A DNA stretch of 30,022 bases from Chiloscyllium plagiosum (taxonomy: Eukaryota): assembly GCF_004010195.1 (NCBI RefSeq), contig NC_057719.1, positions 80,780,999-80,811,020 of the forward strand, read 5' to 3'. Below the pieces are notes generated by a model. That model ran no database searches. It was not told where the DNA came from and was given only the letters and a program-made list of their open reading frames with translations. The translations under genes and the position numbers were made by a program. Each line of letters begins with the position of its first letter. The stretch's first letter is position 1. Positions 9,503 through 21,303 of the stretch are shown in pieces.

Positions 9503-11161
9503 CGCAGACCCGTTCACCAGCAGAGTCCTTCCACTGATGTTGTCTGAGGGTTGCAGCAGAAGATCAGAAATCACACCTTCCCTGGAGAAAGGCTGGACAT
9601 AACTGAAAGCAGCTCGTGCTATACGGCAGGAAGCCATGAGAATGCCGTGGGAACCTTTACCCTCTGGAACAAATTATCCCAGAACTGTGGCCAAACATGC
9701 CCCAATGTAGCTGACAAGGTAGATTGTCAGAGCCCGGTTTTCCCAATGTCCAACAAAATATTTTGATTTCTGCCCCTTACCCATCTTTAATCCCTGCTCT
9801 CCCCATAGCTCTCACCCCACACTTTGGCAGATGAGGCATTAATGACATCAATTTATTCCTATGCTTTCAGGGATAAATTTTGCTCTTAGCCATTATTTAT
9901 GTGCAAATATAATCATCGACTGGAAAAGTGGCTGTTATCCTTTCAATAATCAAGGGCATCAAAATGTTTTGAATAATGAGGGGAGGGTTATTGTGAGACC
10001 TCTTTTATTCCTGCATAAAAAGCAGCACATCGCTAACAGCCTGCTTATAATGGAGACCCAGAGCAGCATATAGATGTAGAAGTTAAAGTCTACAGATAAT
10101 AGCAATCACAGCAAACCATTCAGACACAACCACAGGATTTAATCCATGTTTTGCTTTGTATCTCAAATTTTCTTCCATTTCCTGTGCTTGAGAAATGCAT
10201 AGACTCATTTGTCATTCTGTCTGTTGTTTGCGCAAATAACAAGCATAGAATCTAACCTTCATCCATTAGGTTTGATAAGACTAATTAAAAAAATGGATGA
10301 GTCAGCAAACTGACTCAAGGAACAGTGACTTTGAGACACTCTCATGTACGCAAATATACAGGAGTGAATTCTCCTCCACTCAGTGCATCTATACAGCAGC
10401 TGATACTGAGAACGCTGGGGAGGGTGCAAGGAAGTCAAATGTGGCTGAGGGAACCTATTGGAAATGTGGAACTGCATGAAGTCATTTTAACTTCCACTTG
10501 CTGTTTGGCAGCTATCCAGTGGATTCTGTACACCAGAGCTAGAAAACAGCAGTCAGAAGCAATTGGGCTCAGTCCCTGCAAATCGAGATCTACACGATGT
10601 GATGCTGCTATGACTTTATTTTTATCCTGATTTTTTCTTTGAAAGAGAGATTTTCGGGCAAAGTCCCAAACAGTCCACCAGAGCCACTAGAGTAGACAGC
10701 TTGTGAGGCCTTGGTGTATATTTTTAAAAGTTGGAACAATAGAAGCTGCCTGAATGGGTGTGGTCAAACTCCCACAGAACTAGGACTTTTAGTTTTAGCT
10801 TTCAGCAGTAGTTGCTGTGGTCTCAGCAGGGTTGGAAGCTGCAGTAACCTCTCCCTGCTACACTGAGTTCTCGTCATTTTTCCTTTTAGGCGATGGGAGC
10901 TGCACAAGAAGCAATTGGTGTTCTGAATTTGCCTTTTGCCAAGGGTGTATTTACGTGCTGTTACAATATTGGAGCAATTAATTGGTAGTAGATACTGCAA
11001 TATTAGAACCATAGAATCACTACAGTGTGGAAGCAGGCCATTCAGCCCATCGAATGCACACCGAGCCTCCAAAGAGCCTCCCATCCAGACTCATCCCCTT
11101 ATCTGTCCCTGGAACCTTGCTTTATCTCATGGCTAATCCACCTAGCCTACACATCCCTGGA

Positions 11162-11370
11162 TTCTGGATTAGTGGTGCTGGAAGAGCACAGCAATTCAGG
11201 CAGCATCCGAGGACAGGCAAAATCGACGTTTCGGGCAAAAGTCCTGATGAAGGGCTTTTGCCCGAAACGTCGATTTTGCCTGTCCTCGGATGCTGCCTGA
11301 ATTGCTGTGCTCTTCCAGCACCACTAATCCAGAATCTGGTTTCCAGCATCTGCAGTCATTGTTTTTACCT
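11162..11370 (+). mobile_element. Penelope-like pLTR mini-insertion with inverted partial copy (perfect 82-bp palindrome), second subfamily
   Basis: Arms 11160-11241 and 11255-11336 are exact reverse complements; 34-nt tail 11337-11370; 15-bp TSD ctacacatccctgga at 11147-11161 and 11371-11385. Confidence 0.9.
11240..11275 (+). ncRNA. Minimal type-I hammerhead ribozyme motif
   Basis: AGUC-CUGAUGA-A-GGGC(UUUU)GCCC-GAAA-C-GUC/GAUU. Canonical CUGAUGA core; stem I has one G:U pair. Predicted cut after C11271. Confidence 0.75.
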
Positions 11371-12624
11371 CTACACATCCCTGGACACTACCGGGGCAAT
11401 TTAGCATGGCTAATCCTCCTAACCTGCACATCTTTGGACCGTGGGAAGAAACCGGATCATCTGGAGGAAACCCACGCAGACACATTTGGAGAATATGCAA
11501 ACTCCACACAGACAGTCACCCAAGGGTGGAATTGAACCTGGGTCCCTGGTGCTGTGAGGCAGCAGTGCTAAACGCTGTGCCACCTATTATTCTGTTGAAT
11601 TCTCCAAAAGCGTTGTTACCCAGATTCCTTTGCTCTTTTGTTGTATTTTAACTACAGTCGATGAGTAAAGTGTGTTATGCTTTAAAGCTGTTAGTTGACG
11701 AATTGAATTGCATCTGGAACACCACACCTTACAATCACCTTGAAAATAAGGAACTGTTATAGTCTAGACTATATTTTGAGGAGGTTTGGTCTGGTTCATA
11801 ACAGGTAAGAGGCTTCTGATGGGATGCCATTGGTGATGACTAGGGTGAAAGCTGAAGGCTTCCTTGAGAAGCTGGAAGAGGCATGTTGACTCCTCCTGGT
11901 CCACAGGGAGCACTGACAAAGCACTTTCCCATTCACTAAGAACCCCTGTAAAATCCACCTAGCAGCTGCAGAATTTATACTGAGATCCTAATCTGCCCAC
12001 CGTAGGGGAATTAATATTGCATGCTTGTTGGGTTAAAAAGAGATGGAACTGAGCTCTGCATGAGGGAGATGCTCTGTTATTTTAAATCAAACTGCTTGGT
12101 CAAGCTTTGACACACCTCTGAGGCGGTTTTCCCTCTAATTTACTTACATGTGCGGAGCATCAGAGCGAGTGCGAGAGAAAACTCCTCTGGGGCAAGTGGG
12201 TCTTGAACCCGAATTTTCTGACCCAGCAAGCACTGGGCCAAATGCAAGCAATGCGGCAGTGGGTGGTGAGTAAAGTAAATCTGATGTAAATTTGCACTAA
12301 CACAATCTGACATGCATTTTTCAACAAAATTGTTCCCGCACTTTCCCCTGGACCTGTCAGTAACACTTTTGTTCTCCTTTTGCAGTTCTCCTGTCAGCAC
12401 AGACAAGTCATTTTAATTTAAAAAAACCCCATCTTTTTAGGAATCGGTTATTACTCACGTCTGAATAATTTCAAGTTACATCGAGAGAACAAATCTCTGA
12501 AGTTCATTGCTTGTGACTTTTACAAAGTCAAATTGCTTACACAGGAGTCACACTGGGAGTAATGCAAGCCTGGAGATCTTTCGACAATAGACACTGGATA
12601 TTCTATTGTGCATTGGAAGGAGGA

Positions 12625-13042
12625 AGAAAAACTTGCTTTTTATAAAGTACTTTTCATAATCTCAAGGCATCCAAAAGCAATTTACAACCATGTATAACGT
12701 GCCCTCAACGCTTTAATATAGAAAATTTGGTAACCAATTCACATCCAGCTAAGTTCCATCATATGATAATGACAAGTAAAAATCTTATTTTGTTTTGATG
12801 TTGATTGGTAGATAAATAGTGTCCAGAAAGCAAGGATAACTTCTCTTCTTAATTCAGATTGTAACGTCATTGGCCTGCAACCACTTCAGTGGGCAACAAA
12901 GATCTTGGTTTTAATTTTGCATTCCCTGAGTGCAACGCATTTCAATTCTGCAATAAAGTATCAGCAGAGATTATGCACTCCAGTCCCTGAAGTGGGACTT
13001 GAACCTGCAAACTTCTGACTCAGAGTCAAGGCGGTCAGTTGG
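12625..13042 (-). mobile_element. Near full-length, old Deu-domain SINE with tRNA head
   Basis: B-box reverse complement 'gggacttgaacc' at about 12994-13005 followed by 'ttctgactcagag'; 3' end reverse complement 'aaaacttgctttttataaagtacttttcataatctcaaggcatccaaaagc'. Confidence 0.65.
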
Positions 13043-13267
13043 TTGATATACTTCTACACATTAATTGTAAAGACACACGTTTGTGGCTTTAACCAGTTAA
13101 TAACACAAAGTGGAAGTATTTGCTTGTTGGGAAACATGAGTCAAGGCTTAAATTTGCCATTAGCTGCCAATGGGGTTTCATGTTGGAAAACAAGAGAGAT
13201 TATCACTTCTTTATGCCAATTAACATTTTCTCTTCATACAGTCAGCAGAGATTTCTACTAATCATGA

Positions 13268-14227
13268 GCTGGGTCTACTACATTTTGTCATTTTTATAAA
13301 TGATTTGGATGTGAACATAGGAGGTATAATTAATAAGTTTGCAGATGACATCAAAATTGGAGGTGTAATTGACAGCGAAGAAGGTTACGTCAGAGTACGA
13401 GATCTTGATCAGATGGGCCAATGGGCTGAGGAGTGGCAAATGGAGTTTAATTTAGATAAATGTGAGGTGCTGCATTTTGGAAAGGCAGATCAAGGCAGGA
13501 TTTATACACTTACTGGTAAGGTCCTGGTGAGTGTTGCTGAACAAAGAGACCTTGCAGGGCATGTTCATAATTCCTTGAAAGTGGAGACACAGGTAGATAG
13601 GATAGTGAAGGCATTTAGTATGCTTTCCTTTATTGGTCAGAACATTGCGTATAGGAGTTGGGAGGTCATGTTGCAGCTGTACAGGTCATTGGTTAGGCCA
13701 CTGTTGGAATCGTGTGCAATTCTGGTCTCCTTCCTATAAGAAGGATGTTGTGAAACTTGAAAGGGTTCAGAAAAGATTTACAAGGATGTTACCACGGTTG
13801 GAGGATTTGAGCTATAGGGGGAGGCTGAACAGGCTAGGGCTGTCTTCCTTGGAGTGGGTCAGAGGCTGAGGGGTGACTTTATAGAGGTTTATAAAATCAT
13901 GAGGGGCATGGATAGGGTAAATAGACAAGGTCTTTTCCCTGGGATGGGGTGAGTCTAGAACTAGAGGGCATAGGTTTAAGGTGAGAAGGGATAGTTATAA
14001 AAGGAATCTAAGGGGCAACTTCTTCATGCAAAGGGAATGAGCTGTCATAGGAAGTGGTGGAGGCTGGCACAATTACCACATTTAAAAAGCATCTGGATGG
14101 ATATATGAATAGGAAGGGTTCAAAAGGGATATGGGCCAAATGCTGGCAAATGGGATTCGATTAGGTTAGGATATCTGGCTGACCGAAAGGTCTGTTTCCG
14201 TGCTGTACACCCCTACTGACTCTATGG
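13268..14227 (+). mobile_element. 5'-truncated CR1/HER1 LINE copy
   Basis: KFADDIKIGG, WAEEWQMEFN and LERVQKRFTRM pieces with frameshifts; colinear with about 4725-5715; ends 'ctgactctatg'. Confidence 0.93.
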
Positions 14228-14337
14228 CCAATTGGGTTGCAGGTACAAGTTACCCATGATTTTCTAGCCATTTAACTGAATGGTAAGAATCTCTAGTGGG
14301 ATTGTTAAATTGGAACATGCCCTCATGATGTTAGCCC

Positions 14338-15415
14338 TGACAGAGTACATGATTTAGAGATAACATATTAGCATAGGTAAAAGATTGAGGAGCTGACAGG
14401 AAGCAGAAAATAGAGATAATTGTGACTTCCTTGGTCTTGCAAGTGGTCACTAGTGGAATGCTGAAGGGATTGAAACTGGGCACTTAAGTATTCACAATCT
14501 ATATCGGTGACTTGAAAGAAGGGATCAAGTATATGGCAGCTACTTTTTCTGATGAGATCAAGATAGATAAGAAAGTAAGTAGTTAAGAGGGGACACAGAC
14601 TCTATAATGGGATACGGACAGGTGAAGCAAGTAAGCAAGAAGTTTAGAGGGTGTATGATGTGGAAAAATGTGAACTTGTCCATTTTGGCAAGAAGAAGAG
14701 ATGTAGTACTCGAGTTAACTGAAGGTACACTGTAGAACTCTGATATAGAGAAATCTGGGTGTCCCTGTACATACCAAAGTTATACCAGATACAAGTGAAA
14801 GGAAAGGCAAATGGAAGAACATTGCCATTTAATGCCATGAGAATGCAATATATAAGGAAGTTGCATATTTTATTGCAACTGTACACGATGTGTTGAGGAT
14901 GCCTCAGAGCACTGAGGCGTTTTGGTCTTCTTCCTTGAAAAAGAAAAGGATATGATAGAAGAATTTCAGTGAACGTTTACTCAACTCATTTATCACGTGA
15001 AGAACAGGGTTGGGCCAGTACCCTTTGGAAGGCGGAGAAATAAGAAGAAGTGATCTTATTGAAACATGTAAGATCTAGAACAGACCAGATAGGAAGAATG
15101 TCTGGAGGATTATCTTCCTATGAGGCAGATATTATACAGGACATCATTTATTGAAGAGAAAGTGATGAGGATATTGAGGATTTTGTTCCTCTAAGGGTCA
15201 TTAGTGTGTGGAATTCTTTTCCCATCTTGATAGTAGAAGCTCATTCTTTAAAATGGTTCAAGGCAGAGTTAGATAGATTTTTTACAGACAAGGAAGCCAA
15301 GGGTTAATAGAGTACAGACAGGTAATGGAGACCACAACCAGATCAGCCATTGATTGGTAGAGTGATCTCAAAGCGCCAAATCATCTATTCCTGCTCCCGT
15401 GTCCTATATTCTATT
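14338..15415 (+). mobile_element. Old, heavily decayed CR1 LINE (RT to 3' tail)
   Basis: Degenerate SG..G..LG (about 14450-14480), FSDE at about 14545, 'aaatgtgaacttgtccattttggc', tail 'ctattcctgctcccgtgtcctatattcta'. Confidence 0.75.
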
Positions 15416-15454
15416 CACTACTCCTCAGGAACTGAATCAGACCAGGTCCATAAG

Positions 15455-16167
15455 CAGTAAGACCAGGAGCATCCTGTGCCAAAAATAAAGGGTAGCAAGT
15501 GACATTCGGCAACACAAATGCCAAAACATTTGACAATCGACAATCGACTGCATTGCCACCCTCCATTTTCAACTCCCATTGGTTACCATCGATGAGGAAA
15601 TTTAACATATAAAAAATAACAACAGCCAGCCTTCTGCATTGCCTAACTCACCTATTTACATCCCATCTACAACGCACAAACCAGAATGATAGAATACTTT
15701 CCACTTGCCTAAACGATTGACCTCCATCAATACTCAAGACGCTTATCACCACCAAGGATAACGTAGCCCATGTGGACAATATCCATCAAAGGACTTACAC
15801 ATCCATTGCTTCCATCAGTAGGGCACAATGCTTTTTGCATAGCATACCCATGCGGAGCATCTCAGCAATTCACCAAGGTACCTTCCAAACCTATGTCCTG
15901 TACCACCTAACAGGACAGAGGCTGAGAACACTGTCCATCTGCAAGATCTCCTCCAAGTTACACACCATCCTGAACTGTAATTATGTCCCTCTTCCTTCAC
16001 TAGCAGCTGGGTCAAAATCCTGGAATTCTTTCCTGACACCACTGTTGGCAGACTGACAAACCGGGCAGCTCATGAGGTTGGGTTGCCATCTCCACCTTCT
16101 CAAGGACAATTAGGATGACCAATAAAATGCAGAGTTTTCTAATAATACCCACATCACATGAATGAAC
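15455..16167 (+). mobile_element. Old copy of the second CR1-superfamily LINE family, 3' part
   Basis: Colinear with 8866-9502 ('gaatactttccacttgcct', 'gggtcaaaatcctggaattc'); ends 'cccacatcacatgaatgaa'. Confidence 0.65.
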
Positions 16168-16375
16168 TATTAAAACAAAACCTTTGAGTGTTACAATTCA
16201 AACTCTTTTCAGGCCACATATTCCAGATCATAATGCGGCAAATTAAGATTTTCTTTTGGATGCTTTTGCCAATTCTCTTAAATCTGTGTTCTCTAGTCTT
16301 ATGCCAAATACACAGCCATTTCTCTTTATTTACTCGATAAAATCTCATGGGTTTGAACACCTCTATTAAGTTATA
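16168..16375 (-). mobile_element. Old CR1 3' fragment
   Basis: Minus ORF 16154-16360 includes TREHRFK...IMIWNMWPE (CR1 ORF2 C-terminal motif). Confidence 0.55.
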
Positions 16376-16949
16376 TAATTGTCAAATACAATTCCCATAT
16401 TTTAGAGTTTGCAACAATAATTAATTTGAGTAATTGTTATGGATTATACCGTTAGACTAAAACAGAGTTGGAGCATATTTTTCAGATGTCCTGAGCTTCT
16501 AAACCATGTAGTTACGCTACAGGCAATTACCAGGGGCATCATCAATTTATTATGGAAATTCTTTTAATGATTAATTGATGCTCAAGACAAAACTGATCAC
16601 CTTATGCCTTTTAGATGAATCCATTAAGGAGCTAATGAGCTACGGTGCTGTCTTCTGAGGCTGAGAGAGAATCATTTATGCTGTGCCTTGTTCAAGTCAA
16701 TTTAGTAAATAAAAATGTCAGAAATTGGTCTATGCATTCTGTAATATCAGTGATCTTTTACCTCTAGGATCAATGCTCCAATCTAGTCCAGAGATTCAGA
16801 ATAGGGAAGCCTCTGTTCTCTCCTGCCTCCAAGGATATGAAATGTAATATGAATGATTAAAAGTACTTTTAAATGCCTTAGACTATTTCAGATGAGACCT
16901 TAACATAGGGTCAAATAAAGTCCCAAGCCTGCACACTATTCTTATATTG

Positions 16950-18170
16950 CTATTCATTCATGGGATGTGGTTGTCGATTGCTGGGTCAACACTTCTTTCT
17001 CATCCTTAATTGCCTTGCAGTTTAGGTATACTTACAATATTTTGATGGAGGGAATTCAAGAATTTGTTTTTCCTCGGCACATTAAGGAATTGTGATGTAT
17101 TTCCAACTAAGGATTGCATGTAGGTTGGAGGTGGTTCCATCTGCTAATGCTGTTATCCTTCTAATTGGTAGAAGTTAATGCTTTGGGAGGTGCTGTCAGA
17201 GGAGCCTTGGTGGGTTACTATAATACATCTTGTCGATGTACAAACTGCTGCTGTGTGCCAGCCATGGAGCAAACACATGTTGAGGTTGTTGGATGTCGTG
17301 TCAGTCAAGTGGGCCGCTTTGTCTTAGATGGCGTTGGTCTTCTTAAGTGTTTTTGGAGCTGTACCCATCTGGGTCACTGGAGATAATTCCATCTCTCTCC
17401 TTACTTGTGCCTTGTAGATGGTGGCCAGGCTTCAGGGAGTCAGGATGGTAGTTAATAGCTGCTGAGTTCCCAACCTTTCAGCTGCTCCAGTAGCCACTAT
17501 ATGTATGTAGCGAGCCGAGTAGAGTGTCTGGTCAATGGTGACCCTCAGGATGTTGATAGTGGGGCGTTCAGAGATGATGGTGTCATTGAAGATAAAGGGA
17601 CAACAGTGAGATTCTCTCATGTTTGAGGTGATCATTGTCTTGCACTCCTATGGCAGGAATGTTACTTGCCATTTATCAGCCACACCCTGGATGTTACCAA
17701 GGTCTTGTTGGATGTGAACATACACTGTTCTAGTACTGGAGTGGTCCTGAATGGCACTGAAATTTTGCAGTCATTGGTGAACATTCCACTTCTGACCTTA
17801 TGACCGAGAGATGTTCATTGATAAAGCAGCTGAAGATGGTCAGATGATTGGGCCTAGGACGCTGCTCTGATGAACTCCTGCAGCGATGTCCTGGACCTAA
17901 GATAACTGACCTCACTTACCTCTAACAGCTATCAGCTTCTTCCTTGGTGCCAGGCATGACTCCAACCAGTGGAGAGTTTTCCCTGAATCCCATCGACTCT
18001 GATTTTGCTTGGGCTCCTTGATGTCGCACTTGCTCAAACAAAGCCTCAATGACAAGGGGAGTCACTCTCACCTCACCTCAGGAGTTCAGCTCTTTTGTCC
18101 AGTGTTTAAACCAAGCTGTAATGATGTCAGGAGCCAAGTGGCCTTGGGAGAACCTAAACTGAGCATCAGT
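16950..18170 (-). mobile_element. Second CR1-superfamily LINE family: 3' half (RT domain to tail)
   Basis: Tail reverse complement 'ttcattcatgggatgtgg' at about 16953; minus-strand IFSCFINEHLSVIRSEV (RT catalytic region) at about 17775-17840; TDAQFRFSQGHLAPDIITA at about 18110-18170. Confidence 0.85.
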
Positions 18171-18465
18171 GCGATAACATATCCTGGTAAGAGGGAAAGT
18201 TTGTAAGAGACTAATGAAGGAAGTTAAGGAGAGCATGAAGTTGAAAGGAAAAAAAACTCTGAAGGAGGCAGGAGTCAATGACAGCCATGAAGACTGGGTT
18301 AAATACAGAATCCAGTAAAGGAAGACTAAAAAGATAATTGAGAGAGAAAAATTGAGAGCAAACTAGCAAGGAATATAAAAACTGATAATAATGCTTTTTA
18401 AATTTAAGAAAGGGAAGATCAAAGTGAATAAAAGCCTCTTAAAAAATGAATCTGAGCAGATGGTT

Positions 18466-18810
18466 ATCAGAGAATATCTACAGAGTGAAAGGGGGCCATT
18501 TAGCCCAACGAGTCCACACCGACGCTCCAAAGAGCATCCCACCCAGCCCCACCTCCCCAGCCTATCCCTGCATTTCCCAAGACTAATCCACCTAGCCGGC
18601 ACATCCCTGAACACTACCGGCAATTTAGCATGGCCCATTCACCTAACCTGCACGTCTTTGGACTGTGGGAGGAAACCGGAGCACCTGGAGGAAACCCACG
18701 CAGACACGGGGAGTAATGTGCCAACTCCAGACAGAGTCGCCCAAAGGTGGAATCAAACCCCCAGGCATTCTGAGACAGCAGTGCTAACCACTGAGCTACC
18801 TTGCTGCACT
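18466..18810 (-). mobile_element. HE1-type SINE
   Basis: Full body 'ggactgtgggaggaaaccggagcacctggaggaaacccacgcagacac' and head 'gtgctaaccactgagctacc'. Confidence 0.88.
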
Positions 18811-18949
18811 TATGGGGAACAAGGAAACGACAGACCGCTGAAATGGATCGTTTGGATCAGTCTTTAGGTGGTAGATAGAACGAACATTTCATTAATGCTA
18901 AAGAATACCAAGGAAGAATTAGGTACCATTGCCATCATTAGAGAGGTAG

Positions 18950-20106
18950 AGTCATAGAGATGTACAGCTTGGAAACAGACCCTTTGCTCCAACCCGTCCA
19001 GGCCGACCAGATATCCCAACCCAATCTAGTCCCACCTGCCAGCACCTGGCCCATATCCCTCCAAACCCTTCCTATTCATATACCCATCCAAATGCCTCTT
19101 AAATATTGCAATTGTACCAGCATCCACCACATCCTCTGGCAGCTCATTCCATACACGTACCACCCTCTGCATGAAAAGGTTGCCCCTTAGGTCTCTTTCA
19201 TATCTTTCCCTCTCACCCGAAACCTATGCCCTCTAGTTCTGGACTCCCTCACCCCGGGGAAAAGACTGTCTATTTATCTTATCCATGCCCCTCATAATTT
19301 TGTAAACCACTATAAGGTCACCCCTCAGCCTCCGACGCTCCAGGGAAAACAGCCCCAGCCTGTTCAGCCTCTCCCTGTAGCTCAAATCCTCCAACCCTGG
19401 CAACATCCTTNNNNNNNNNNNNNNNNNNNNNNNNNNNNNNNNNNNNNNNNNNNNNNNNNNNNNNNNNNNNNNNNNNNNNNNNNNNNNNNNNNNNNNNNNN
19501 NNNNNNNNNNNNNNNNNNNNNNNNNNNNNNNNNNNNNNNNNNNNNNNNNNNNNNNNNNNNNNNNNNNNNNNNNNNNNNNNNCTGAGGTAACCTTTTTCGC
19601 TGTCCACTACACCTCCAATTTTGGTGTCATCTGCAAACTTACTAACTGTACCTCTTATGCTCGCATCCAAATCATTTATCTAAATAACAAAAAGTAGAGG
19701 ACCCAGCACCGATCCTTGTGGCACTCCACTGGTCACAGACCTCCAGTCTGAAAAACAATCCTCCACCACCACCCTCTGTCTTCTACCTTTGAGCCAGTTC
19801 TGTATCCAAATGGCTAGTTCTCCCTGTATTCCATGAAATCTAACCTTGCTAATCAGTCTCCCATGGGGAACCTTGTCGAATGCCTTACTGAAGTCCATAT
19901 AGGTCACATCTACTGCTCTGCCCTCAATCTTCTTTGTTACCTCTTCAAAAAACTCATTCAAGTTCGTGAGACATGATTTCCCACACACAAAACCATGTTG
20001 ACTATCCAGAATCAGTCCTTGCCTTTCCAAAATACATGTACATCCTGCCCCTGAGGATTCCCTCCAACAACTTGCCTACCACCGGAGGTCAGGCTCACCG
20101 GTCTAT
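18950..20106 (-). mobile_element. 5'-truncated CR1/HER1 LINE copy spanning an assembly gap
   Basis: QHGF...SCLTNL...YMDFSKAFDKVPH...SGVPQGSVLGP and SKFADDTKIGG; tail reverse complement 'agtcatagagatgtacag'; 6-bp direct repeat aggtag at 18944-18949 and 20107-20112. Confidence 0.95.
19411..19581. other. Assembly gap (171 N)
   Basis: Run of N. Confidence 1.
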
Positions 20107-20879
20107 AGGTAGTATTAGACAAATGAATGGGACTAAACTAAGCCAAGTCCCTTGGCTCTAATGGCTTGCATCCTAGGATCCTAAAAGAGATAGCTGTAAT
20201 TTTCCAAAAATCATTGGATTCTGGAGACATTGTGACACCCCTATTCAAAAAGGGAGGGAGACAGAAAGTGGGTAACAATAGGCTGAATAGCCCAACAATA
20301 GCGATTGTTGGAAATAATTAAGGAAGCAATAGCAGAATGTTGGGAAGATCATAATCTAAGCAGGCTGAGTCAGCGTGACTTCATGAAAAGGTAATCGCAT
20401 CGGACTAATTTACTCCAGTTTTTCAAAGAAGTCTCAACCAGAGTGGATAGAGGGGAACCAGCAGATGTGTTGCATTTAGACTTCTAGAAAGTGTTTGACG
20501 AGCACCTCACAAAAGGTGAAGCCCAAGGTGTTGCAAGGAACATATTGGCATGGATAGAGAATTGGCTCATGGGCATGAAACAGCAAGGGGAGATAAGGGG
20601 TTCCTTTTCAGGTTAGTGATTTGAGACCAGTGGGTTTTCACAAGGATTAGTGCTGGCACTGCAACTGTTTACAATGTACATAAATGACTTGGAGAAAGGA
20701 AGCGAATATACTATAGCCAAACTTGAAGACAACACAAAAATATGTGGACAGACAAGTTGTAAGAGTTTTACAATCAATTTACAGAGAGATATGGATATGT
20801 TAAGTAAGTGGTCAAAAAGTTGGCGAATGGGAGTGTAAGGTGGGAAATGTGATGTTGTTCATCTTGGAAAGGAGAACAG

Positions 20880-21303
20880 AGTATTACTTAAATGGAGAAA
20901 AACTGCAGAGAGCTCAACACAAAGGGACTTAGGGATACATATACACTAAACACAGAAAGCTAACACATAGGTGCAGCAGGGAATCAGGAAGACTAATGGA
21001 ACATTGACCCTTATTTCAAGGGGGTTGGAGTATAAGAGTAGGGAAGTCTTATGCATCTGTACAAGGTGCTGGTGAGACCACATTTGGAGTAAGTATTACT
21101 TAAATGGAGAAAAACTGCAGAAAGCTCAACACAAAGGGACTTAGGGATACATATACACTAAACACAGAAAGCTAACACATAGGTGCAGCAGAGAATCAGG
21201 AAGACTAATGGAACATTGGCCCTTATTTCAAGGGGGTTGGAGTATAAGAGTAGGGAAGTCTTATGCATCTGTACAAGGTGCTGGTGAGACCACATTTGGA
21301 GTA
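20880..21303 (+). repeat. Tandem duplication, 2 x 212 bp
   Basis: 20880-21091 and 21092-21303; I count 3 mismatches, all G/A. Confidence 0.95.

Larger units (their letters stand above)
11005..11584 (-). mobile_element. HE1-type SINE containing a hairpin insertion
   Basis: Tail 'catagaatcactacagtgtggaagcaggcc', body, B-box reverse complement 'ggaattgaacctggg', head 'gctgtgccacc'; possible TSD tatta (11001-11005, 11585-11589). Confidence 0.85.
10606..11803 (+). mobile_element. Solo LTR (Gypsy-like), interrupted by an HE1 SINE
   Basis: TG...CA with imperfect inverted termini tgctatga (10606) / tcataaca (11796-11803); resembles shark LTRs from memory; no TSD recognised. Confidence 0.5.

Noticed and set aside
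12365..12420. Polypyrimidine tract plus AG as a host splice acceptor
   Set aside because: No convincing downstream reading frame and donor were found.
9846..16551. Shared 12-mer catcaatttatt at 9846 and 16540
   Set aside because: Exact 12-mer matches are expected by chance in 30 kb of AT-rich DNA.
18391..18867. Recurrent CGRKPEHLEETHADT peptides in several ORFs
   Set aside because: Chance translation of the HE1 SINE antisense strand.
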